IMG/VR virus record: IMGVR_UViG_3300025858_000011 | Source of the DNA: a virus | Lineage: Duplodnaviria; Heunggongvirae; Uroviricota; Caudoviricetes | Length of the DNA: 64,000 bases | Direction: 5' to 3' (one strand) | Shown: positions 9,436-17,522 of the stretch, in pieces | Layout: each line of letters begins with the position of its first letter | How positions within the stretch are numbered: the stretch's first letter is position 1 | Notes under the pieces: generated by a model | What the model saw: only the letters and a program-made list of their open reading frames with translations | Database searches by the model: none | What the model was told of the DNA's origin: nothing | Position numbers and translations under genes: made by a program

Positions 9436-10474
9436 AATGTCCGAAGTATTTAAAAAACTCGATGCTAATTTTGAACATGTAATGATTCATACGGGTCAAC
9501 ATTACAATACCGAGTTAAGCCAAGTATTTTTTGAAGATTTGGATATTCGTAAACCTGACTATACTCTTAGTACCGGCAAAGCCAGTGCCCATCAGTACGA
9601 ACAATTATCTTATCTATCAACTGAACTCCCTAGATTAATAAAGGAAAAAGGACTTCATCCTGACATGATTTTATTTCTTGGGGATTCTAATTCCGTATTA
9701 GCGTCGCTACCACTATTTAAGGAAGGATATCGCATCGGGCACATCGAGGGTGGAATGCGTTCGTATGATCGTCGTATGTTTGAAGAGGTTAATCGCGTAG
9801 TATGCGATTATGTATCTGATCAGGTTTTTGTTTATACTCCGTTATATAAAGAACGATTATTAAAAGAAAATAAACCCTCAGAGCAAATACACGTAGTGGG
9901 TAATACATTAGTAGAAGTTATACGTAGATTTTTTCCAATTGAATCTCGAGGAGTAAGAACAAAAGAATATATATTAGCAGATTTACATCGTAATGAAATT
10001 TTATCAGATCCAGCAAAGTTCTTATATTTATTAAAATTTCTTAGTATTTTAAGTAATGAATTTGGTCTTCCCGTAAAATTAGTAAAGTTTCCCAGAGCAG
10101 AAAAACTTATTAAAGACCATGATCTTTTAAATGGACTTGGCGGAATCGAATTGGTTGGACCATATGGATTTTTAGAGTACCTTGACTTACAGTATAATGC
10201 CGTAGGCGTAGTATCAGATAGTGGGTCATGCCAGGAAGAGTGCCCGCTAATTGGAGTACCCGTAGTTGTTCCAAGAGATTTTACAGAGCGCCCTGAGTCA
10301 GTGAATACTGGCTGTAGTTTACTAATCGGAGAGAATAAAACGTTCACGAGAATGATTAATAATACGATGCAGTTCTTTAGTAATTATAAAGTGGAAGATG
10401 TAGATATCGAATGGTTGGGAAATGGAACTACTTCACAGCAAATTATAAATATTCTAAATGAACAATATTCCTAA
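9383..10474 (+). CDS. wecB: UDP-N-acetylglucosamine 2-epimerase (non-hydrolysing)
   Basis: GIRPDFIRM, HTGQHY, LGDSNS, HIEGGMRSYD, EEVNR, SDSGSCQEE, RDFTERPE. Confidence 0.92.
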   Translation: MKLEQVITITGIRPDFIRMSEVFKKLDANFEHVMIHTGQHYNTELSQVFFEDLDIRKPDYTLSTGKASAHQYEQLSYLSTELPRLIKEKGLHPDMILFLGDSNSVLASLPLFKEGYRIGHIEGGMRSYDRRMFEEVNRVVCDYVSDQVFVYTPLYKERLLKENKPSEQIHVVGNTLVEVIRRFFPIESRGVRTKEYILADLHRNEILSDPAKFLYLLKFLSILSNEFGLPVKLVKFPRAEKLIKDHDLLNGLGGIELVGPYGFLEYLDLQYNAVGVVSDSGSCQEECPLIGVPVVVPRDFTERPESVNTGCSLLIGENKTFTRMINNTMQFFSNYKVEDVDIEWLGNGTTSQQIINILNEQYS

Positions 10475-11249
10475 GATAATACATTTTTACTGGGGAAGTA
10501 CTGTATTGCCATATTTACGGTATATGTCATTATACTCTTTTAAAAAGTTTAATCCTGATTGGGAAGTTCGATTATATATCCCAACTAAACTAGTAATTAG
10601 TAAATCTTGGAATGACCCATGGAATAAGACAGAATTGCATGCCGAGGATTACATGGACCGGGTAACTGACATTGCCACTGTACTTTCTTTTGATATGGAA
10701 TCCATTGGGTATAACAATGAGATTTCGGAAGTTATTAAGTCGGATATAGTTAGGTTATATTTATTATCTGAGATTGGTGGAGTGTGGTCTGATTTGGACA
10801 TTATATTTTTTAAACCGATATCCTTTGGAATACCAAATTTAGACTTTACAGCAATGTTTTGTAACCATGGGTTTCATAGCATAGGGTTTCTTGCTGGTGC
10901 ACTCGGTAATATAGCCTTTCAAGAATTATTTAGTAAAGTTAAGTCCTTTTATAATTATTCGCAGTATGAGGGGGCAGGGTCTTTATTTTATAATAAACAA
11001 GTTGTAATGAATTCTTTGGTGTATAATCTTCCGATGGAGGTTGTCTACCCGCAGGATTATAATTTTGCGGAGTCGATGGTTACTTCTCCAGCTTCTGAAA
11101 AACTTTCTTATATAAAAGAAAATACTATCGGCTGGCATTGGTACGCAGGAAATCCGGTATGTGGGGAATTTCAAAATGTTTGTACTGAGACTACTTATAA
11201 AAATTATAATAATATTATAACATACTTAATAGGAAAAGTTATAGAATGA
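10458..11249 (+). CDS. DXD glycosyltransferase (GT32/capsular polysaccharide synthesis-like)
   Basis: IPKIIHFYW, SDIVRLYLL, GGVWSDLD. Confidence 0.85.
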   Translation: MNNIPKIIHFYWGSTVLPYLRYMSLYSFKKFNPDWEVRLYIPTKLVISKSWNDPWNKTELHAEDYMDRVTDIATVLSFDMESIGYNNEISEVIKSDIVRLYLLSEIGGVWSDLDIIFFKPISFGIPNLDFTAMFCNHGFHSIGFLAGALGNIAFQELFSKVKSFYNYSQYEGAGSLFYNKQVVMNSLVYNLPMEVVYPQDYNFAESMVTSPASEKLSYIKENTIGWHWYAGNPVCGEFQNVCTETTYKNYNNIITYLIGKVIE

Positions 11250-12073
11250 TTTATCTAAATACAGAAATATTCAGTGGTTTAGGAGAAGATACTTTTTGGA
11301 CATGGTTTAAAAGAGAATTTTCAAAAGAAACCGAGTATGGAATGCCATCTGAATTTAATAAAGAAGACATTGTATTACAATACTCTTTACAGGGAGCATG
11401 CACGCATTCTAATACTATTGCATTATTATGGGAACTTTACCCAGAAATGAAAGTAATGCTGAACTCGTCTGAGTGGGATGAAATTATTTTAAAAATAAAT
11501 CAGTGTGCAAAAACGGCAAAAAAACTTACGATGCCAAGTTCTCTCATGGTTCCTTATTATGAAAACTTTGGTAAAATAGATATTTTGCCAATTGGTGTAG
11601 ATACTGATTTATTTATTCCGATGGATAAAGAATCTTTGAGACTTAAACACAATCTTCCACGAAATAAAAAAATTGGAATTTGGGCAGGAACTATGCACCC
11701 AATGAAGGGTATTGAAAACTTAGTAAGATACGCAAATGAGAATAAAGATATTTTTTGGATAATTATTTGGAAACATGAGCAAGAATTTAATTCCTCTTAT
11801 ATCGAAAATTCAATTAATTTTACTAATATTACACAACAACAAATATCAGAGTTAATGAGTTGTGCGGATTTTTATTTATCGTGCGGCGTACTTCGTCCAT
11901 TTTTTATGATTGAGTGGGAAGCGATGGCCTGCAATGTACCAATAGTTATATTAAATAACTTACAAAAAGATTTTATTCCATCTGATAACCCTAGAAATGA
12001 TGTTTTTAAATTAGGATGGGATAGAAAAACAGCAAAAGAAACATGGAGAAAATATATTTATGAGAATGGTTAA
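11246..12073 (+). CDS. GT-B glycosyltransferase (GT4-like)
   Basis: PIGVDTDLF, HPMKG, EWEAMACNVPIV. Confidence 0.8.
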   Translation: MIYLNTEIFSGLGEDTFWTWFKREFSKETEYGMPSEFNKEDIVLQYSLQGACTHSNTIALLWELYPEMKVMLNSSEWDEIILKINQCAKTAKKLTMPSSLMVPYYENFGKIDILPIGVDTDLFIPMDKESLRLKHNLPRNKKIGIWAGTMHPMKGIENLVRYANENKDIFWIIIWKHEQEFNSSYIENSINFTNITQQQISELMSCADFYLSCGVLRPFFMIEWEAMACNVPIVILNNLQKDFIPSDNPRNDVFKLGWDRKTAKETWRKYIYENG

Positions 12074-12497
12074 TATTGGTTGCGGACCTTATAAAATAGA
12101 TGGTTTTATAAATATTGACATAAATCCCTTACAAAATCCAGACATGATAAGGGATGTAAGAAGAGGTTTACCGTTTGATACTAGTTCTGTGGATAAACTT
12201 GTTGCTTCCCATATATTAGAACATTTAGATCCTGATAATTTTATCTGGGTAATGGGAGAAATTTATAGAGTATTAATCAGTGGCGGTGTATTACAAATTG
12301 AAGTTCCGCTTGGCATAACTGCATCAGTAGACCATAAAATGTTTTTTACAAAAGATAGTTTCGATATGTTTTTTAGGCCTGAAGCGAGTTTATATTACCA
12401 GACTGATTTTAGATGGGAATTTATTGATCAAAAAGAAAGCATTTGCGCGTCGGCGGGAATACCATTACTTAATATTTCTATGAGAGCCATAAAGTGA
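12060..12497 (+). CDS. Class I SAM-dependent methyltransferase
   Basis: VNIGCG, INIDI, SHILEHL, YRVLISGG. Confidence 0.85.
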   Translation: MRMVNIGCGPYKIDGFINIDINPLQNPDMIRDVRRGLPFDTSSVDKLVASHILEHLDPDNFIWVMGEIYRVLISGGVLQIEVPLGITASVDHKMFFTKDSFDMFFRPEASLYYQTDFRWEFIDQKESICASAGIPLLNISMRAIK

Positions 12498-13246
12498 TTT
12501 CCATAGTTTCTTTAATTTATAGATCTCCGATGTATGCTGATTCTATTTATAATACTGTGCATGAATACACAAATATAAAGGATGGCGAAATTGAATTTTT
12601 CTTTGTAGCTAATGACCCTACGGACATTTTGCTTGAACATCTGAAAATAAAAAAGTATCCTTATATATTAAACATCAATGAGCATAAAACAGAGGAAGAA
12701 CTATTTAAAGAAGGCATCGGTTGGCCAGAATATTTAAATAGAGTTTATAAGGGATGGAATTGCGCTATTAGAAACGCAAAGGATATTGTTGTCTTATTAA
12801 ATAGTGACATGATTTTATCTCCTGATTGGTTGGATAACTTACTAAAGTATTTAACAGAAAAAATTATTATATGCTCACAATTAATTGAAAGGAATCATGA
12901 AACGTATGGAGTTTTTCCAGGTGCAATTCATGGTGAATTTGGGGGTAATCCGGTAAATTTTAATAAAGATAAATTTTTAAAGACGTGCGCAATAGTAAAA
13001 AAAGATGTAATAGTCCCAGGAGGGGCGTATATGCCATGTATGTTTTATAAGAAAATTACTGATATTATTGGTTTTTATCCTGAGGGTAATTTACATGATG
13101 GCACCTCTTTTAATGTTATTAAACAATATGGGGACGAGGCTTTTTTTAAAAAAGCAAAAGTTTGTGGCATAGAGCATGTAACTGCAATGGATTCTATTTG
13201 TTATCATTTTAAAGAGGGCGAAAAAGAAGATAGTGGATGGAATTAG
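12494..13246 (+). CDS. Glycosyltransferase family 2-like
   Basis: WNCAIRNA, VLLNSDM, WLDNL, YGDEAFF. Confidence 0.75.
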   Translation: MISIVSLIYRSPMYADSIYNTVHEYTNIKDGEIEFFFVANDPTDILLEHLKIKKYPYILNINEHKTEEELFKEGIGWPEYLNRVYKGWNCAIRNAKDIVVLLNSDMILSPDWLDNLLKYLTEKIIICSQLIERNHETYGVFPGAIHGEFGGNPVNFNKDKFLKTCAIVKKDVIVPGGAYMPCMFYKKITDIIGFYPEGNLHDGTSFNVIKQYGDEAFFKKAKVCGIEHVTAMDSICYHFKEGEKEDSGWN

Positions 13247-13928
13247 TATAATAATACCATGTGACCGGGAACGTATTCCTTTATTACAAATAACACTAGA
13301 AAAATATCTAGAATTTGATATGCATAAGGTGGAAATCCTTATTGTAACAAGAACAATAGAGTCCATGGAGGAAATAATAGAAAATGAGTTACTTCCAATT
13401 AGATTGATAAAGTATAACGACGGCGGTCCATACTTTAATCCGGCTAGAGCTTTAAATCTTGGGGTATCAAGGGCGTATTATGATAATATTATTATAACAG
13501 GTCCGGAGGTAAAACCCATCACTAATATTATTGAGCAATTTAAATCTCTTCCTAAAGGAAATTATGTTTGTCAGGTTTTTGATTTAAACCAAGACGGATC
13601 TATTCGGCTATCTTTGGTTAATAAAAATTTTAGAGGAGATACTCCGGGATTTTGTTTTTTAGCGATGTATAGAAAAGAAGATATTATTGCTATTAACGGA
13701 TGGGATGAGCAATTTTGTGATGGAAAGGCATATGAAGATGAGGACTTTGGAAAACGTTGGGTACGTGCCGGTATTCCATTTGAAGTAAGAGAGGATATTC
13801 AGGCAAACCATCAATGGCATTTAAGAAACGATGTTAAGAAAGGATTAGAAATAAATAAAAAAATAATGGATCAGCATGATAGTTGCGGTCTTATAAGAGC
13901 AGAAAGGGGTTTTAATTTATATGAGTAA
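13233..13928 (+). CDS. GT2/GT7-C-like glycosyltransferase
   Basis: FNPARALNLG, INGWDEQF, YEDEDF, HQWH. Confidence 0.8.
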   Translation: MDGISIIIPCDRERIPLLQITLEKYLEFDMHKVEILIVTRTIESMEEIIENELLPIRLIKYNDGGPYFNPARALNLGVSRAYYDNIIITGPEVKPITNIIEQFKSLPKGNYVCQVFDLNQDGSIRLSLVNKNFRGDTPGFCFLAMYRKEDIIAINGWDEQFCDGKAYEDEDFGKRWVRAGIPFEVREDIQANHQWHLRNDVKKGLEINKKIMDQHDSCGLIRAERGFNLYE

Positions 13929-14871
13929 AGATAATATGAATGTATTAGTAGTAGGTGGCGCAGGATACGTAGGAGGAGCAGTAACTTCTCTTTTAAATGA
14001 TACTGATAATAATATAAGAGTTTACGATAATCTTTTGTATGAAGAAACTTATCGTAAGCCAATTGATTTTATTTATGGGGATGTACGGGATCACGAAAAG
14101 CTCTTAACTCAATTAAATTGGGCGGATACCGTAATATGGTTAGCGGCCCTTGTGGGCGATGGAGCTTGCCAGATAAATTCACAATTGGCTAAAGAAATAA
14201 ATACAGACTCAATAGGGTTCTTAGCAGAGAATTTTAATGGAAGAATTATATTTCCAAGTACTTGCAGTGTATATGGAGCGCAAGATGCAGTTCTTGATGA
14301 GGTTTCTGGCGCTTCTCCATTGTCGGTATATGCACAAACTAAATTAGATGCGGAAAAATTACTTGATTCGAGTAACGCAATTATTTTTAGACTTGGAACA
14401 CTTTTTGGAGTGGGAGATCTTTTTTCTAGAATTCGTCTTGACCTAGTAGTTAATACATTAACAGTAAAGGCATTCGTAGATGGCAAAATTAGTGTGTTTG
14501 GAGGAGATCAGTTTCGCCCATTGCTACATGTTTCTGATGTTGCGGGAGAAATGGTAAAAAATATTAATACTACACATACGGGAATTTTTAATCTACATCG
14601 GCAAAATGTAAGAATTAGAGACTTAGCATATCAGATTAGAAACCATTATCCGAATGTGGTCATCAAAGAAACTGATTTGCCTTTTCAAGATACTAGAAAT
14701 TATAGAGTATCAAGTGAAAAAGCTGTTAGTAATTTAGGGTTTACTCCAAAGTATTCGATCGATTATGGAATTGATCAATTGAAGGAACTTATAGAGACAC
14801 GTCGTATAAAAAATACTAATAGCGACCGATACTCTAATTACAATTTTTTAAAAACCAATGGAGTTGCATAA
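13921..14871 (+). CDS. NAD-dependent nucleotide-sugar epimerase/dehydratase (extended SDR)
   Basis: GGAGYVG, STCSVYG, YAQTK, RPLLHVSD. Confidence 0.9.
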   Translation: MSKDNMNVLVVGGAGYVGGAVTSLLNDTDNNIRVYDNLLYEETYRKPIDFIYGDVRDHEKLLTQLNWADTVIWLAALVGDGACQINSQLAKEINTDSIGFLAENFNGRIIFPSTCSVYGAQDAVLDEVSGASPLSVYAQTKLDAEKLLDSSNAIIFRLGTLFGVGDLFSRIRLDLVVNTLTVKAFVDGKISVFGGDQFRPLLHVSDVAGEMVKNINTTHTGIFNLHRQNVRIRDLAYQIRNHYPNVVIKETDLPFQDTRNYRVSSEKAVSNLGFTPKYSIDYGIDQLKELIETRRIKNTNSDRYSNYNFLKTNGVA

Positions 14872-15316
14872 TATGTATAATGGGCCCACTTTAATAAAAG
14901 GAGCGACGGCGGTAGATGACCGCGGTATTATTAAATTTGTAAATGATTTTAATTTTGACGGAGTAAAAAGATTTTACATCGTTAAAAATCACATAGCGGG
15001 ATTAGTTAGAGCCTGGCATGGACATAAAAATGAAGCAAAATATGTTTACGCCATCGCTGGATCGGCAATTTTTGGAACGGTAAAAATTGATAACTGGGAA
15101 AATCCTAATAAGGACCTGGTTCCTAATAGAGTAATATTAAGTTCCGAAACTCCGATGGTATATTATGTGCCAGCTGGTTACGCCAATGGCTGGGAATCTC
15201 TAACACCAGAAGCTACTCTTGTATTTTATTCAACAGCAACATTAGAGGAAAGTAAATTAGACGATTATCGGTATGATAGTCATTATTGGGATATTTGGAG
15301 TGTAGAACAAAGATGA
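14858..15316 (+). CDS. dTDP-4-dehydrorhamnose 3,5-epimerase-like cupin
   Basis: DDRG, VRAWHGH, VPAGYANG (RmlC/FdtA-like). Confidence 0.8.
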   Translation: MELHNMYNGPTLIKGATAVDDRGIIKFVNDFNFDGVKRFYIVKNHIAGLVRAWHGHKNEAKYVYAIAGSAIFGTVKIDNWENPNKDLVPNRVILSSETPMVYYVPAGYANGWESLTPEATLVFYSTATLEESKLDDYRYDSHYWDIWSVEQR

Positions 15317-16098
15317 AAATATTAATATTAGGCTCACGTGGAATGCTTGGATCTGTAATGGCGATGTACTTATCAAGACATCATGATGTATCGGGATTTA
15401 CACGGGAAGACTTTGATCCAGTAGTGGATTCAATTGAAATTATATCAGGATGTGACGTAGTAATAAATTGCATCGGTGTCATTAAACCTACAATTGATAA
15501 ATATTCAGTTGAAGATGTAATAAAAATAAATTCCATATTTCCAAAAAATCTTGCAAATTTTTGTGAAAGTAACAATGTTAGATGTTTCCATGTTACAACA
15601 GACTGTGTTTATTCAGGGAGCATCGGGAACTATAACGAACGAAGTGTCATCGATGCTGAAGATCTGTATGGTTTGTCAAAGGCTGCGGGAGAGCCATTGA
15701 ATGCAATGGTATTACGCACGTCAATTATTGGTGAAGAACAGGGTACTCAGAGATCATTATTGGAGTGGGTTAAGGCACATCGGGACCAAACTATAAATGG
15801 GTATACTAATCATTTTTGGAATGGAGTTACCACTCTAATGTTTGCCGACATAGTTGGACAAATTCTACGAAGAGATTTATATAGTCATGGAATTTTTCAT
15901 ATTCATTCCAGAGAGACTGTAAATAAATATGAATTAGTGTCAATGATTGCTGCCGTTTATAATCTAAACATAGTAGTGCAACCTGTAGAGGCTCCTAAGG
16001 CATGTAATCGGACATTGACTAATGTTACAAGACTAAATGATATGTTGAATATTTTGCCGATGGAAGAGCAACTTATACAATTAATTGTTGATTTATAA
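15313..16098 (+). CDS. rmlD: dTDP-4-dehydrorhamnose reductase-like SDR
   Basis: Likely start MKILILGSRGMLG at 15313 (ATGA overlap). Motifs TTDCVYSG, YGLSK, LRTSIIG. Confidence 0.8.
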   Translation: MKILILGSRGMLGSVMAMYLSRHHDVSGFTREDFDPVVDSIEIISGCDVVINCIGVIKPTIDKYSVEDVIKINSIFPKNLANFCESNNVRCFHVTTDCVYSGSIGNYNERSVIDAEDLYGLSKAAGEPLNAMVLRTSIIGEEQGTQRSLLEWVKAHRDQTINGYTNHFWNGVTTLMFADIVGQILRRDLYSHGIFHIHSRETVNKYELVSMIAAVYNLNIVVQPVEAPKACNRTLTNVTRLNDMLNILPMEEQLIQLIVDL

Positions 16099-16116
16099 TA
16101 TTATATTTCATATATT
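16088..16116 (+). promoter_or_regulatory. sigma70-type promoter TTGATT-N17-TATATT
   Basis: Same architecture as the four other late-side promoters. Confidence 0.45.
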
Positions 16117-16136
16117 TAAATAAAAAGGAGATACAT

Positions 16137-17300
16137 GTGAGTATATTAGACCCAATTCAAACACAATTATGTGTAGATGTCTGGGATGAAAAAATGCATC
16201 TTAGACCAGAAGTACGTAAACAGATTATAGATGGTGCAACTGCAATAGTTGGAAAAAATAATCTATTAGGTCTTTTTGTAATTGGTACAATAACTGGATA
16301 TCAATATACTGAGACTTCGGACATCGATGTTAATGTTTCTGTATTAAATATTGATGATAAGATGAGAGAGAAATCTATCAATGATAGTGGTCTTATTGCT
16401 GCATATAGCGGACGGCATCCTATAAATTTTAATTTAAAACAGAATTCCGGAAATGACGAAATGTGGCAGGATGCTACATTTGGAATTTATAATGTACTGC
16501 GTGACGACTGGACTAACTTACCGCCTGGTCCGGACGCTTATAGAGATCCGATGATAAAATATAAATTGGAAATAGATTATGCCAGAATTATTGCTAATGA
16601 ATTTAATTCTCGCATCGAGAGATTTAAAAAACACATAGCCACGTTAACTAAGATTAAGAGATTTAAATGGACAATTCCCTTTTTGGGACAATGGTTTTAT
16701 AATCATAAGAATTCCCAGGTTAAACAGGAACTCATCGAACTGGCACAAATGGTCCATGGTCTCGAGAGCGATAGAAAGTTTGCCTATTATTGGGGATGGG
16801 GCGCACCAAGAGAAGATTTTAGAAACATCGTTTATAAGTATCTCGAACATTCCCCTAATGGTAAATTTTTTGAATTACTGGAAAAAGTTGATGTTCCTAC
16901 GGAATTAAGTTTTGGACCAACTAAGAAAGAACTTAAGACAGTTGAACATCCTGGAGAAGTCGTTAAGGCTGGGGAATTTACAGCGACACCGGATGAGTAT
17001 CACGAGCAGGAACAATTAAGAAGAGAAGACACAATTAATAGATCTGATATTCCTGCCCCACTCATTGGAGGGGGTCTTGGATTAGCGGTAGGTGCTCTCT
17101 TTGCAAAGAAAAAAAGATTAGGAAAGGCTTTAAAAGAAGTGGCAAATACAACTGCAATTGGGGCATTGGGCTTTGGTGCGGCTGATCAATTAATAAAAAG
17201 AAAGGCAACAAAAGAACTAGCATCTCCTGATACATTGCGTAAAGATTATAGTAAGTACCAAGAAATGGCTAGACATATTTTAATTAATCAAACACAATAA
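16137..17300 (+). CDS. Pol-beta superfamily nucleotidyltransferase with a basic/hydrophobic C-terminal tail
   Basis: GTITGYQYTETSDIDVNV (hG[GS]..DxD motif); YNVLRDDW; C-terminal LIGGGLGLAVGALF. Confidence 0.7.
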   Translation: MSILDPIQTQLCVDVWDEKMHLRPEVRKQIIDGATAIVGKNNLLGLFVIGTITGYQYTETSDIDVNVSVLNIDDKMREKSINDSGLIAAYSGRHPINFNLKQNSGNDEMWQDATFGIYNVLRDDWTNLPPGPDAYRDPMIKYKLEIDYARIIANEFNSRIERFKKHIATLTKIKRFKWTIPFLGQWFYNHKNSQVKQELIELAQMVHGLESDRKFAYYWGWGAPREDFRNIVYKYLEHSPNGKFFELLEKVDVPTELSFGPTKKELKTVEHPGEVVKAGEFTATPDEYHEQEQLRREDTINRSDIPAPLIGGGLGLAVGALFAKKKRLGKALKEVANTTAIGALGFGAADQLIKRKATKELASPDTLRKDYSKYQEMARHILINQTQ

Positions 17301-17522
17301 ATGAGTAAGTGTAACGGCGTAGGAATTAAATTATATCCTGGAGAATCAATCGATTCTGCTTTAAGAAGATATAAAACACAATTGGAAAGATCTGGTATAT
17401 TGGATATAATGCAGAGAAAGGAATATTATTTAAAACCATCCGCGGCCAAAAAGGCTAAGAAGGCATTAAGAAGAAAAGAAAAAGAGTACGTAGACAATAC
17501 GGAAGAGTTTTATAATGAGTAA
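17301..17522 (+). CDS. rpsU: Phage-encoded ribosomal protein bS21
   Basis: GESIDSALRRYK..GILD.MQRKEYYLKPSAAKK. Confidence 0.9.
   Translation: MSKCNGVGIKLYPGESIDSALRRYKTQLERSGILDIMQRKEYYLKPSAAKKAKKALRRKEKEYVDNTEEFYNE

Noticed and set aside
7258-16098. Glycan cluster as host chromosomal contamination
   Set aside because: It is continuous with phage genes by overlaps, lies on the same strand, shows the same CATCG signature and lacks wzx/wzy-type genes.
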